64,000 bases of DNA from Candidatus Thorarchaeota archaeon. Its GTDB lineage: Archaea; Asgardarchaeota; Thorarchaeia; Thorarchaeales; Thorarchaeaceae. The stretch's first letter is position 1. The number at the start of each line of letters is the position of its first letter. A program made the position numbers and the translations under genes. The notes beneath the pieces are model-generated. The model was not told where the DNA came from. It ran no database searches and saw only the letters and a program-made list of their open reading frames with translations. The stretch is taken from the NCBI GenBank assembly GCA_020348985.1, contig CP070761.1:1866246-1930245 (forward strand), given 5' to 3'. Positions 19,318 through 28,570 of the stretch are shown in pieces.

Positions 19318-19420
19318 CTACTCGTCAGTTTCGATGAATCCTAATAAATGATTCACAGAACCCACTCGAACCTATGGCTTTATGAGGAGCTTGCTTCAAT
19401 GCGATGTCTAGGGTGCTAGG

Positions 19421-20488
19421 ATGAAACTCAAAGTGGAACTAGTCCCCCCTGAAAGCCGGAAAGAAAGGCCCGAGGACCCATTGAGTCTCGAGTTCGGCTC
19501 TGTGTTCACTGATCACATGTTCGCAATGTTCTATGCTGACAACGAATGGAAGAATCCCCGAATCGGACCTTATTCGAATCTATCACTGGATCCTGCGGCA
19601 TTATGTCTTCACTATGGCCAAGGAATCTTTGAGGGTCTGAAGAGCTATAGGCGCGGTGAAAGAGTATTCCTATTCAGGCCTAGAAAGAACTTGGAGCGTC
19701 TCAATGCGTCAGCTATTCGCATGGTTATGCCACAAATCGACATTGATTTTGCCTTGGAAGCCCTCATAGAGCTCCTCAGAGTGGAGCGTGATTGGATACC
19801 TGAGTTGAAGGGAAGTTCACTGTACGTTCGGCCGACAATGATTGCGACAGAGCCCAAGTTAGGTGTACGCGCATCACACACTTACCTCTATTATGTCATC
19901 CTTAGTCCGGTCGGCCCGTACTTCAAAGAAGGATTCAGTCCCGTCAAGATTATGGTCTCAGAAAAGTATGTGCGTGCGGCAGACGGTGGAGTCGGCCAAG
20001 CCAAAACCATTGGGAACTACGCGGCGAGCCTTCTGGGTGGGAAGGAAGCTATGGAGAGAGGGTACTCGCAGGTCATGTGGCTAGACTCACATGAGAGGAA
20101 ATACATTGAAGAAGCAGGGACTATGAACATCTTCGTTCTGTTTGACGACGAACTCGCAACTCCTCCTCTCTCCGGAACCATTCTTCCAGGTATAACTCGT
20201 GAGTCAGCCATGCAGATTGCCCAAGATTGGGGTTATAGTCTGAATGAACGACCCATTGCAATTGACGAGGTGATTGACGGGATCAAATCCGGAAAGGTCA
20301 AGGAGATCTTTGGGACTGGGACCGCCGCCATCATCGCGCCTATCGGTGAACTATACTTCAGAGAGAAGCCGCATATAGTGGGAGACGGCACGATAGGTGC
20401 TCTCTCTCAAAGGATGTTCGACGAATTGACGGGCATTCAGTCAGGTGAAAGAGAGGACACACGCGGGTGGGTCTTTGAAATCGAATGA
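19421..20488 (+). CDS. ilvE: Branched-chain amino acid aminotransferase
   Basis: FGSVFTDHM, LHYGQGIFEGLK, LYVRP, KTIGNYA, EEAGTMN, ILPGITR. Confidence 0.96.
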   Translation: MKLKVELVPPESRKERPEDPLSLEFGSVFTDHMFAMFYADNEWKNPRIGPYSNLSLDPAALCLHYGQGIFEGLKSYRRGERVFLFRPRKNLERLNASAIRMVMPQIDIDFALEALIELLRVERDWIPELKGSSLYVRPTMIATEPKLGVRASHTYLYYVILSPVGPYFKEGFSPVKIMVSEKYVRAADGGVGQAKTIGNYAASLLGGKEAMERGYSQVMWLDSHERKYIEEAGTMNIFVLFDDELATPPLSGTILPGITRESAMQIAQDWGYSLNERPIAIDEVIDGIKSGKVKEIFGTGTAAIIAPIGELYFREKPHIVGDGTIGALSQRMFDELTGIQSGEREDTRGWVFEIE

Positions 20489-20565
20489 GCCCATAGGATC
20501 TTCAAGCGGAATCATAACCTTTTTTCGTTGCGCGGCATGAATTGGCATACTCAAAGGTGGACACA

Positions 20566-21072
20566 ATGTCGTCACAATTGCTTGTTGATTACACCAAGTG
20601 TACTGGGTGCCGAGTCTGTGAGCTAGCTTGTTCTGCTAAACATGAAGCGCGATTCCAGCCCAGCCTAGCTCGACTCAAGATTGTGAAGTACGACGATTTA
20701 GGACTAGACGTCCCGAATGTCTGCGGCCCCTGTGAAGAAGCACCCTGTGTGGAGGTCTGTCCTGTTTACGCAATGCGTCGCGATGCTGTAAGCAAGATGG
20801 TCTATCTTGACCATGACAAGTGCATCCTTTGCAAGTCTTGTGCCGGCGCCTGTGTTAATGGTGTAATTCTTCTTGACACGTACTCAATGCGAATCATAAA
20901 GTGTGACCACTGCGGTGGTGAACCAGAATGCGCTCGGATGTGTCCCACCGGAGCAATCACATACGGACCCACATCTACGTCGAAGACCGTTGATAGACAT
21001 AGCAAGATCCTAGGCTACCTCAGAGAGATTGAACGGTCCGCAGAAGCTCAAGAATCTGGCGGAGTTGAATAG
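20566..21072 (+). CDS. 4Fe-4S dicluster electron-transfer subunit (DmsB/CooF-like) of AOR
   Basis: Four CxxCxxC/CP clusters, directly upstream of AOR. Confidence 0.9.
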   Translation: MSSQLLVDYTKCTGCRVCELACSAKHEARFQPSLARLKIVKYDDLGLDVPNVCGPCEEAPCVEVCPVYAMRRDAVSKMVYLDHDKCILCKSCAGACVNGVILLDTYSMRIIKCDHCGGEPECARMCPTGAITYGPTSTSKTVDRHSKILGYLREIERSAEAQESGGVE

Positions 21073-21075
21073 AGC

Positions 21076-22965
21076 GTGACCGGTGGCTACACTGGCAAGA
21101 TCCTTCGTGCGAACCTGACGGATGAAACATTCAAGATAGATCCACTTCCAAAGGACTGGATTCGAGAATACATAGGCGGTGACGGTTTTGCAGCGAAGCT
21201 GCTCTACGAGGAAGTTGCCGCGAGGATTGACCCGTTGAGTGAAAGGAACAAGCTAATAATCGCGACAGGACCGATAACGGGCACGTTATGGCCTATGAGC
21301 GGAAGAACGGTTTTCGTTTCCAAGGCGGCTCAGACCGGAATCTGGGGTGAAAGCCATGTTGGAGGATTCCTAGGTCCTGAACTCAAGTATGCAGGATACG
21401 ACATGCTTGTAGTTGAAGGCAAGGCGGAAGACCCCGTCTATCTTCTCATACAAGACGGCCATCTGCAGATTCATAGTGCCAAGGATTTCTGGGGCATGAC
21501 GACCGACAAGGTGACCACTGCCATTCAGAAAAAGCACAATGACCCAGATATCCAGATTGCCGCTATTGGGCCAGCAGGAGAGAATCTCATCCGATTCTCT
21601 GCAGTGATCATAAACCATGCCCGTGCTGCCGGAAGAACTGGCATGGGTGCAGTTCTTGGATCAAAGAACATGAAGGCAATCGCCATCCGAGGCACTGGTT
21701 CTGTTGAGGTTGCAGACCATGAAGGCTTTCTTGAACTGGCCAAAGAAGCTCATGATCGCCTGAGGAACAATCCACAGGCCAAGGAAATGGGCAAGTGGGG
21801 CACATGGATTCTAACTGCAGTGAAACAACAGATTGGGGAGCTACCTACCTATAATCACAGGACGGGGGTATTCCCAGGATGGGAGAAGCTGAGCGCTGAC
21901 TACATTCGGCCTCGGTACACAGTTTCTGACCGTGCCTGTTTCGGCTGTAGTCTCGGATGCAAGAAGCTGAACTACGTGAGCCACGGACCTTATGCGGGCA
22001 CATTGGAAGAAGGGCCCGAGTACGAGGGTTTAATGGCTTTCGGCAGTGCACTAGGTATCGCGGACTATCCTACGACATTGAAAGCGAATCAAATCTGCAA
22101 CAAATACGGCATGGACATAATTTCTGCAGGGTCCACAATTGGCTTCGCCATTGAGTCGTTCGAAGGCGGCGCAATTGATGAGGAGACTACTGGTGGATTG
22201 AAACTCGAGTGGGGCAACAGTGACTTGGCAATCAAACTCCTAGAGTTGATCGGAAAGAGAGAAGGATTCGGTGACATCCTTGCCGAGGGCACACGTAGGG
22301 CTGCCGAAATACTAGGTCCAGAAACCGAGCCGTTCGCCTTGCATGTGAAGGGACTGGAATTCTCAGGTCAAGATGGACGAACACACAGAAGCATTGGTCT
22401 AGGTCATGCCACCGGTGCGAGAGGCGCAGATCACTTGCGCAGCCTTGTAACTGTAGATCAGCTTGGCTATCAAGATGTGGCGGCTGAACGATGGGGTGCG
22501 GACAAACTTCCAGAGATTGTTGATCCCTATACGGAGACCCATAAGGCTGTGGCGGTCTTCGAAACTGAGAACACCTACGCGATACGCGACACTATGATTG
22601 TATGTTGGTATTCCGTTTCTTGGCCTCCTGTTTTCTGGATGAGGGACTTCGCCAATATCTTGCCTCTCGCAACTGGTGAGAAGTCTCTGGGTGACGTGGA
22701 GAACCTAACTAAGATTGCTGAGCGTCAAGTTACCCTGAAGAGACTATTCAACACAAGAGAAGGCATCTCCCGTGCGGATGACAGACTACCCCCCCGGTTC
22801 ACTGACGAGCCAATGCCAGAGGGACCTGGTAAAGGGCAAACTGTGAATCTCGAGCCAATGCTTGATGACTACTACAACCTGAGAGGCTGGGACTTGGAAA
22901 CTGGTCTGCCGACTTCCAAGACCATTAGCAGGCTTTCTCTAGATTGGGCCGTCACAAACAAGTGA
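21076..22965 (+). CDS. aor: Tungsten-dependent aldehyde:ferredoxin oxidoreductase family protein
   Basis: AAGRTGMGAVLGSKN, CFGCSLGC, GPEYE, GMDIIS, HVKGLE, DRLPPRF. Confidence 0.92.
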   Translation: MTGGYTGKILRANLTDETFKIDPLPKDWIREYIGGDGFAAKLLYEEVAARIDPLSERNKLIIATGPITGTLWPMSGRTVFVSKAAQTGIWGESHVGGFLGPELKYAGYDMLVVEGKAEDPVYLLIQDGHLQIHSAKDFWGMTTDKVTTAIQKKHNDPDIQIAAIGPAGENLIRFSAVIINHARAAGRTGMGAVLGSKNMKAIAIRGTGSVEVADHEGFLELAKEAHDRLRNNPQAKEMGKWGTWILTAVKQQIGELPTYNHRTGVFPGWEKLSADYIRPRYTVSDRACFGCSLGCKKLNYVSHGPYAGTLEEGPEYEGLMAFGSALGIADYPTTLKANQICNKYGMDIISAGSTIGFAIESFEGGAIDEETTGGLKLEWGNSDLAIKLLELIGKREGFGDILAEGTRRAAEILGPETEPFALHVKGLEFSGQDGRTHRSIGLGHATGARGADHLRSLVTVDQLGYQDVAAERWGADKLPEIVDPYTETHKAVAVFETENTYAIRDTMIVCWYSVSWPPVFWMRDFANILPLATGEKSLGDVENLTKIAERQVTLKRLFNTREGISRADDRLPPRFTDEPMPEGPGKGQTVNLEPMLDDYYNLRGWDLETGLPTSKTISRLSLDWAVTNK

Positions 22966-22966
22966 T

Positions 22967-23920
22967 CTACATTCTTACATAGTCAACATTGTGAGTCTGA
23001 CCGCAGTTTGGACATGAATACTGGTCAGGGCCGACCCACTCTATTCCTTCCCAAGATATAGATGCTCCACAACGAGTGCATGATGACTTGATCTGAGGCT
23101 TGACAAAGACGGTTCCGGCTGCTGGAGCGGCCGTTGCATCTAGCGGAGTTTCGGCTTGCTCCTGTGCCCTGGCCATCGGTGCCACTCTTTCAGTGTCCAC
23201 ACGTTGTTGTAGTGGATGATGCGCAGCAACTGCAGAATATTCCATAGCCAACCAGTCTATGTGTTCTTTCGGTATCGTATCCCACTCCCGGTTCTTCCAG
23301 ACTCGCAAGAGATGATCCTGACGAGGAATGTGTCCCCTAATCTCGAATCTTCCTGTGGAGGCATCTATCTTGAGCCTGTCTTTCTTTGATTCGAAAGTGT
23401 GTATCATGTGCAATGGGAATATGTACAGCTTTCTCTTCTTGGAATCGAACTGATAGAGTCTATAGTCCGTAAGAATGAAATTATCTGGATAATAAGTGAA
23501 GACCTCTTCTCCTTTTATCCAAGCAAACCTCAGATAGAAATCTCGAGACAGCTTACGATGATATCCTATTGTGCTCCATCTGTTGTAAGGATCTTCCGGA
23601 TGAACGTATGGTATACCGGCTATCTCACAGATTTTCCTTTGTCCACCTACTCTCAATTCATCATATTCACGAAGCCCGATTGCTGCACGGACCTCTTCGC
23701 GTCTCGGCATTTGCCCAACAATGTTCACAATGCCGTTGACGACCTTGAACATCCCTGATCTTTGCATCAGCTTGTACTCTTTGACGGTGTGCCACGGAAT
23801 GCTGACACTCTGTCTAGAACCATGATCGTGCTGTATCAGTCTGTAATTTGTGACAGTATACTCCGCACCCTGAGCTAGGATTCTCTCACCTTCAATAGGA
23901 ATGTAAACGACCGAAGACAA
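22967..23920 (-). CDS. Protein with two PH-like domains and a C-terminal Zn ribbon
   Basis: Repeated YTVTNYRLI and FILTDYRLY motifs typical of bPH/GRAM domains. CTRC...CPNC. Confidence 0.6.
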   Translation of the reverse strand: MSSVVYIPIEGERILAQGAEYTVTNYRLIQHDHGSRQSVSIPWHTVKEYKLMQRSGMFKVVNGIVNIVGQMPRREEVRAAIGLREYDELRVGGQRKICEIAGIPYVHPEDPYNRWSTIGYHRKLSRDFYLRFAWIKGEEVFTYYPDNFILTDYRLYQFDSKKRKLYIFPLHMIHTFESKKDRLKIDASTGRFEIRGHIPRQDHLLRVWKNREWDTIPKEHIDWLAMEYSAVAAHHPLQQRVDTERVAPMARAQEQAETPLDATAAPAAGTVFVKPQIKSSCTRCGASISWEGIEWVGPDQYSCPNCGQTHNVDYVRM

Positions 23921-24018
23921 ATCTACTACACCAGCCTATGTACTGTACTCCAATTCATGGGGACGGCATATGCGCATTAAAAGCTTGACCGTACGTTGGC
24001 TCCCTTTCCCAATTCACC

Positions 24019-24243
24019 TTAGACCTGCCCCTGTTGTCTTGGGACCGAAAGGTAGAGAATATCTTCGTAACCGAGAATGCCATATCCGGATGGATTCTCG
24101 AGCTTCACGTGATCATCGAATACCTCGAACACTCGCACGTTCGGTACTTTTGCCAGAGTGTCCTTTTGCATGTAGCGGAGATACACGGTGAACACTTGTC
24201 CAGTGGATTTCATCTCTTGGAAAATTGACCTCCAGTCTGTCAT
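24019..24243 (-). CDS. Small protein, possibly Sm/LSm-like beta-barrel
   Basis: 74 aa: N-terminal helix then five beta strands, ending YEDILYLS. Confidence 0.5.
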   Translation of the reverse strand: MTDWRSIFQEMKSTGQVFTVYLRYMQKDTLAKVPNVRVFEVFDDHVKLENPSGYGILGYEDILYLSVPRQQGQV

Positions 24244-24332
24244 GCCGATTTTCCTCCAATTGTTGCTTCAGCTAGGCTGCAGCCATTTTAACGTTTGCTT
24301 CAGGGTGATTGACAGGAATCAGCTAGGCCAGG

Positions 24333-24779
24333 TCAGACAATCCAATTCTTGGGCTGGAGTCCTATGCTTCGAAAGGCATTCAACAGGACTTCTTCAATTT
24401 GAAGAGAACCTTCATACAAGAATAGATGCGACCCACAACTGCTATGGCAATCTGACGATCCAAACCCCTTTGGTCCGAGTGCAAAGTGACCGGAATTAAA
24501 AATTGCCGATGCCAGTACACATTCCTGTCTGTTTTGTGTCTCGGAGTACAAAGCACGAACTACGGATGCTTTCTCCAGCAGGTAGTCAATGTGCCAATGA
24601 ATTGCCTTTTCGGCAGTCAAATGTCGTCTAATTCGATTCTCCAGACTAGTGGATCCATTTCCCATTGCAGAACCAACATAGACCCAGGTGCCGTCTTGAA
24701 TCGCCATAGATCCCAGTGAGCCCGCCTTGATCGATGTTATCTTGTCCAGTGAGATTATGAGAGCATAAACACCCTTCAT
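24333..24779 (-). CDS. DUF123 GIY-YIG (Uri superfamily) nuclease
   Basis: KGVYAL, YVGSA, RIRRH, HWHIDYLL, GFGSSDC..C.SHL. Confidence 0.9.
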   Translation of the reverse strand: MKGVYALIISLDKITSIKAGSLGSMAIQDGTWVYVGSAMGNGSTSLENRIRRHLTAEKAIHWHIDYLLEKASVVRALYSETQNRQECVLASAIFNSGHFALGPKGFGSSDCHSSCGSHLFLYEGSLQIEEVLLNAFRSIGLQPKNWIV

Positions 24780-24902
24780 CGTATCAGTTCCTGAGGTTTG
24801 CAGGAGTGTGACTCCAAGCCATGAAGACCTTCTTCCCTTGGCACAGTACTGATTCATTCGATACCGTCATAAGGTCTCCGTGGTATCCATTGCCTATCTA
24901 CC

Positions 24903-25850
24903 ATGACGTTGACAGAAATCACGAAGAACGTATACTCTGTGAATGGGGGGTTCATAGACGACTTTGGTTTCATAACCTCCCACATTGTGGTAGATGATGA
25001 GGAAGCACTAGTAATTGATCCTGGTACTGCTGGTGCTCCAGGAAAACTCATTTCGCAGGCATTGAGTAGTTTGGGTATTGACGAAATGGGCGGCCTCATT
25101 GGCATCCTATGTACTCATGGACATCCAGATCACATCGGAGGAGTGTCACGCTTCGCTTCGAAGACAAAGGCCCCAGTCTTCATCCACCGTGAAGACGCCG
25201 AGCTGTTAAGTGCGCCCCAAGTATTTGTAGAAAAACGCCTGAAGCTTGATCGGGCTGGTAGAATCTCAATGAAGTTTGAGAAGGGCCCGCTTAAGGTCAA
25301 CTACAATGCTATCGAAGTGGACCGGATGATAGGCGACGGAGATCAGATAAGAGTAGGCAGCCTGAAGCTTGAGGTTATTCATACCGCTGGTCATTCAGCG
25401 GGTCACTGCGCCTTCTTTGAACCAAAAGGCAAAGTCCTATTCTCAGGTGATGAATTGAACAATTTCCCGAATGACCCGCGCAAGTTCTATGTAGACCTGA
25501 GTGGCAGCATTCCTGCCAAGTTTGCCGCTATTGACCGACTAGAGGGGCTCGACGCTGAGTACCTTCTTCCAGCCCATGACACAATGCATCTCTTTGAGAA
25601 TGTCAGAATACAGATTGCTGAAGTCAGAGATGGAGTAAAGCAATTTCAAGACCAGGTCATAGATCTGATTTCTGCCCGAGGCGAAGTCGACCTGGCACAG
25701 CTAATTCACGATCTATCTCGAGTCACCAGCATCTCTCTACCAACCACTATGGACGCTTTGCTGCCGACCACGCTTCAAGTGGCATTGGAATCGCTTCAGT
25801 CTGCGGGTCTGGTCAGATATAGTGATGCAGGAATATGGAGCATCGCCTAG
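24903..25850 (+). CDS. MBL-fold metallo-hydrolase with C-terminal winged helix
   Basis: THGHPDHIGG, HTAGHSAGH, FSGD, PAH. Confidence 0.9.
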   Translation: MTLTEITKNVYSVNGGFIDDFGFITSHIVVDDEEALVIDPGTAGAPGKLISQALSSLGIDEMGGLIGILCTHGHPDHIGGVSRFASKTKAPVFIHREDAELLSAPQVFVEKRLKLDRAGRISMKFEKGPLKVNYNAIEVDRMIGDGDQIRVGSLKLEVIHTAGHSAGHCAFFEPKGKVLFSGDELNNFPNDPRKFYVDLSGSIPAKFAAIDRLEGLDAEYLLPAHDTMHLFENVRIQIAEVRDGVKQFQDQVIDLISARGEVDLAQLIHDLSRVTSISLPTTMDALLPTTLQVALESLQSAGLVRYSDAGIWSIA

Positions 25851-25966
25851 TATCCGCAATCTATACCCGAGCTAAATTCAAAAGATAGGCATCTGAGTCA
25901 CATCATCTATTGGCATCTGGGTCCTAAGGACTAGGAGTCATTCATGTGATACAGGTCTGATTTATC

Positions 25967-28570
25967 ATGAGTGGGACCAAAGAGGGAAGAGCGCAGACCC
26001 CAAGCACAGTTGAAGCAATAAGAATGGCCTCAGCGTCCATACTTGCTACCTCAACCGGAAGAGGCTTTCCATTGGGGAGTGCTATTGGCTCTGGAAGAGT
26101 CATGGAAGAGAACTCCGAGCTTGTAGCAATGAACGTTGCCTCATTGATTTTCGCCATTCGAGATCCCTTAATGAACAATGAAGGGTTGGATCTTCTAGCC
26201 CTTGAATGGAACTTGGATCATCCTCCTGGATCAAGAGTATTGCCGGAACAGCTCATTGTTGCCGGAGGTTTCGCGCAGGGAGTAGGGTCTCATGTCTGCG
26301 TTCTCAGCTGGGAGCGGGGGGTCATTGATCCCTTCAAGATCGACGACCACATGAAGACTCTCTCAAAAAAGATCTCAGACATCGAAGCGGCAGTGATTCA
26401 CAACAATCTTCCCTATGAAAAGGAAGGTCTAATGGTCCTAAGACGATTCAACGACCGACTGAACAGTGTTATCTTTGTTGAGATGATGGACAGAAGATTC
26501 CAAGGTTCATGGGATTCCCTTCAAATCAAACCCGACCATGTTGACAACCAGCTGCAAATCAAGATGAACATCAAAGAGGACTTCACGTCAAGACCTCCAG
26601 GGACAAAGGTTGTTTCGCGAAAGGAGATAGATTTCCTCAAGCCAGCAGCAGACGAATCAGCTTTGATCGAACACTTCAAACATAGGTTACTGACTCCTGC
26701 TGCTGTAGAGGCGTTGACCGTTACTATTCCAGAAACTGGACGGGCAATACTGAGTGAGATAAACACTCATGCATATTCCTCTGAGGAGATTGCCTCAGCT
26801 GGCATCGCTGTCAAGTACTTGCGTGAATACGCGGGAACTGATTCCGTCGCGCTCACCGAGATTGATGAAATCGTCACCAAGAGTGAAGAGTATTCCAAAC
26901 TCTTGGAGGACGCAGTTGCCGTCTTCGAGGAGATTGTTGAACACCATATCTCATCTGGAAAAACTCTGACCATGGCGAATCACAAGAACGAACTATTCAA
27001 CCTAATCTCATCAAGGAGTTCAGATCTGACCAGCATCAAGGAGAAGATTGTCACATCATTAGTTGAAGAGATGACTCTCTCGGTATCAAGAGAGCTGCCC
27101 GGAGGCGGCGAAGTCCGGGCGTGGCAACTCAAAAGTATGATGCGCTACTTTGTCGCTTACGCTAAACGTGTGGTCCAGTACTTCTCCCCGGAGCTTGGAG
27201 AGTACCTGGTTGTGGCTGGAGCAAGGAAGGTTCTTGTGGCTGCATTCAACGAATTCAAGCAAGAGCTGACCGGCGAGAGCGTAGATGCCATAGACCGGCT
27301 CCTAACAAATAAGTTCGGCGCCGAACTAATAGCACAACTCAACGCGATCTTCGACAGAAAGGCTTTCGAAGGGTCGAAGGAAACCCGCGTGGACAAACTG
27401 ACGTCAGAAGCGGCGACGGAAATGGTCAATGCTTTCAAAGAGATAGATGTCTGGAGCCTTGTCAAGTTTGCAGACTTGGCCGAGACTGCACGAAGTGACA
27501 TCGCACAGGAGCCAAGTGAACCAACTCCAGTTAGTGATGCGATTTCAGAAGATTCTCAAAGTGGCATCGCGGACCTCCTGTTAAGTTATGAATTACTAGC
27601 AACAGAAACCATTCCTGATGTTGCTCAAACAGTTCTTTCAAAGTCGATTCTTGAACGCACAATCGAGAATGCGACTAGTGGCAGTAGTCTTTCTGACGGG
27701 CTTCTGGCGGCGGTCAACGAGATTCCGGACAAGGCGCCAGAGTGGACATCCCTAGCTCATGAATGGATTGCAGAGTTCTGGAACCAATTGGATCTGAATC
27801 TGCCCCTCTCATCCCAGCTCACAGCATTCGCAAAGCATGTTCATGAAAAGGCGACTAAGGCTTCAGGTCCCCGAATTGTAGTAGATCGAGTGGTGGAAGA
27901 AGCCAGACATCTTGAGGAGAAGTTTGAAGAGAAGGTCAATGAATGGCGAGAAGAATGCAATAGGATAGAGCAAGAGAATGCAGAGATTGAAGCACATAAC
28001 AAAAGGCGACATTCTGCTATTGAAGAAACAACTGCACAATTCGAGACTGAACAGGAAGTGTACTCTCGTGAACTTCGAGCATATGAAGAAAGCAAAGAGG
28101 ATCCCGAGTCGACATTAGTTCAGCCCAGCCCCCCGGAACCAATTGAACCCCGGCTTGAGAGGGTAAAACACGATTATCCCTTGAAGGAGCTTCTGAGTCC
28201 TCCATCAAAGCCAGAGCCTTCGGATGAACTCCTTCGCTATCGGGATTTCAAGAATCTCCTTGTTGAGAAGCTCCAAGCTATGAGCGAAAGACAGGAGGCG
28301 CTTGAAAGCGCGTTTTCAGAGCGTCTTACACGACTTGCATCTGAAGGTGCAGACACATCTGGAGATGTTCGTATCGACATTACTGATTCATTCTTGGATC
28401 ACATAATGGACTCAGTTATACGTGGGATGGGCAGATTGCTCCCTCGCTCTACGCGCGCTTATCTAAGAAATCCGGAAGATCCGGGGTTGGTCTATCTTGT
28501 GACCTATGAACAACAAGGTGACGAGTTGATTGTAACCGTCGGTGACACTTTTCTAAGAGGTGATGCCTAA
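25967..28570 (+). CDS. Large hypothetical protein (possible Roadblock/longin-like N-terminus, helical body, coiled coil)
   Basis: 867-aa ORF, TAATG-coupled to the next gene. Confidence 0.7.
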   Translation: MSGTKEGRAQTPSTVEAIRMASASILATSTGRGFPLGSAIGSGRVMEENSELVAMNVASLIFAIRDPLMNNEGLDLLALEWNLDHPPGSRVLPEQLIVAGGFAQGVGSHVCVLSWERGVIDPFKIDDHMKTLSKKISDIEAAVIHNNLPYEKEGLMVLRRFNDRLNSVIFVEMMDRRFQGSWDSLQIKPDHVDNQLQIKMNIKEDFTSRPPGTKVVSRKEIDFLKPAADESALIEHFKHRLLTPAAVEALTVTIPETGRAILSEINTHAYSSEEIASAGIAVKYLREYAGTDSVALTEIDEIVTKSEEYSKLLEDAVAVFEEIVEHHISSGKTLTMANHKNELFNLISSRSSDLTSIKEKIVTSLVEEMTLSVSRELPGGGEVRAWQLKSMMRYFVAYAKRVVQYFSPELGEYLVVAGARKVLVAAFNEFKQELTGESVDAIDRLLTNKFGAELIAQLNAIFDRKAFEGSKETRVDKLTSEAATEMVNAFKEIDVWSLVKFADLAETARSDIAQEPSEPTPVSDAISEDSQSGIADLLLSYELLATETIPDVAQTVLSKSILERTIENATSGSSLSDGLLAAVNEIPDKAPEWTSLAHEWIAEFWNQLDLNLPLSSQLTAFAKHVHEKATKASGPRIVVDRVVEEARHLEEKFEEKVNEWREECNRIEQENAEIEAHNKRRHSAIEETTAQFETEQEVYSRELRAYEESKEDPESTLVQPSPPEPIEPRLERVKHDYPLKELLSPPSKPEPSDELLRYRDFKNLLVEKLQAMSERQEALESAFSERLTRLASEGADTSGDVRIDITDSFLDHIMDSVIRGMGRLLPRSTRAYLRNPEDPGLVYLVTYEQQGDELIVTVGDTFLRGDA

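Noticed and set aside
24333-24779. GIY-YIG nuclease as a homing endonuclease or mobile element
   Set aside because: Matches the housekeeping archaeal DUF123 pattern, with no intron, intein or flanking repeats.
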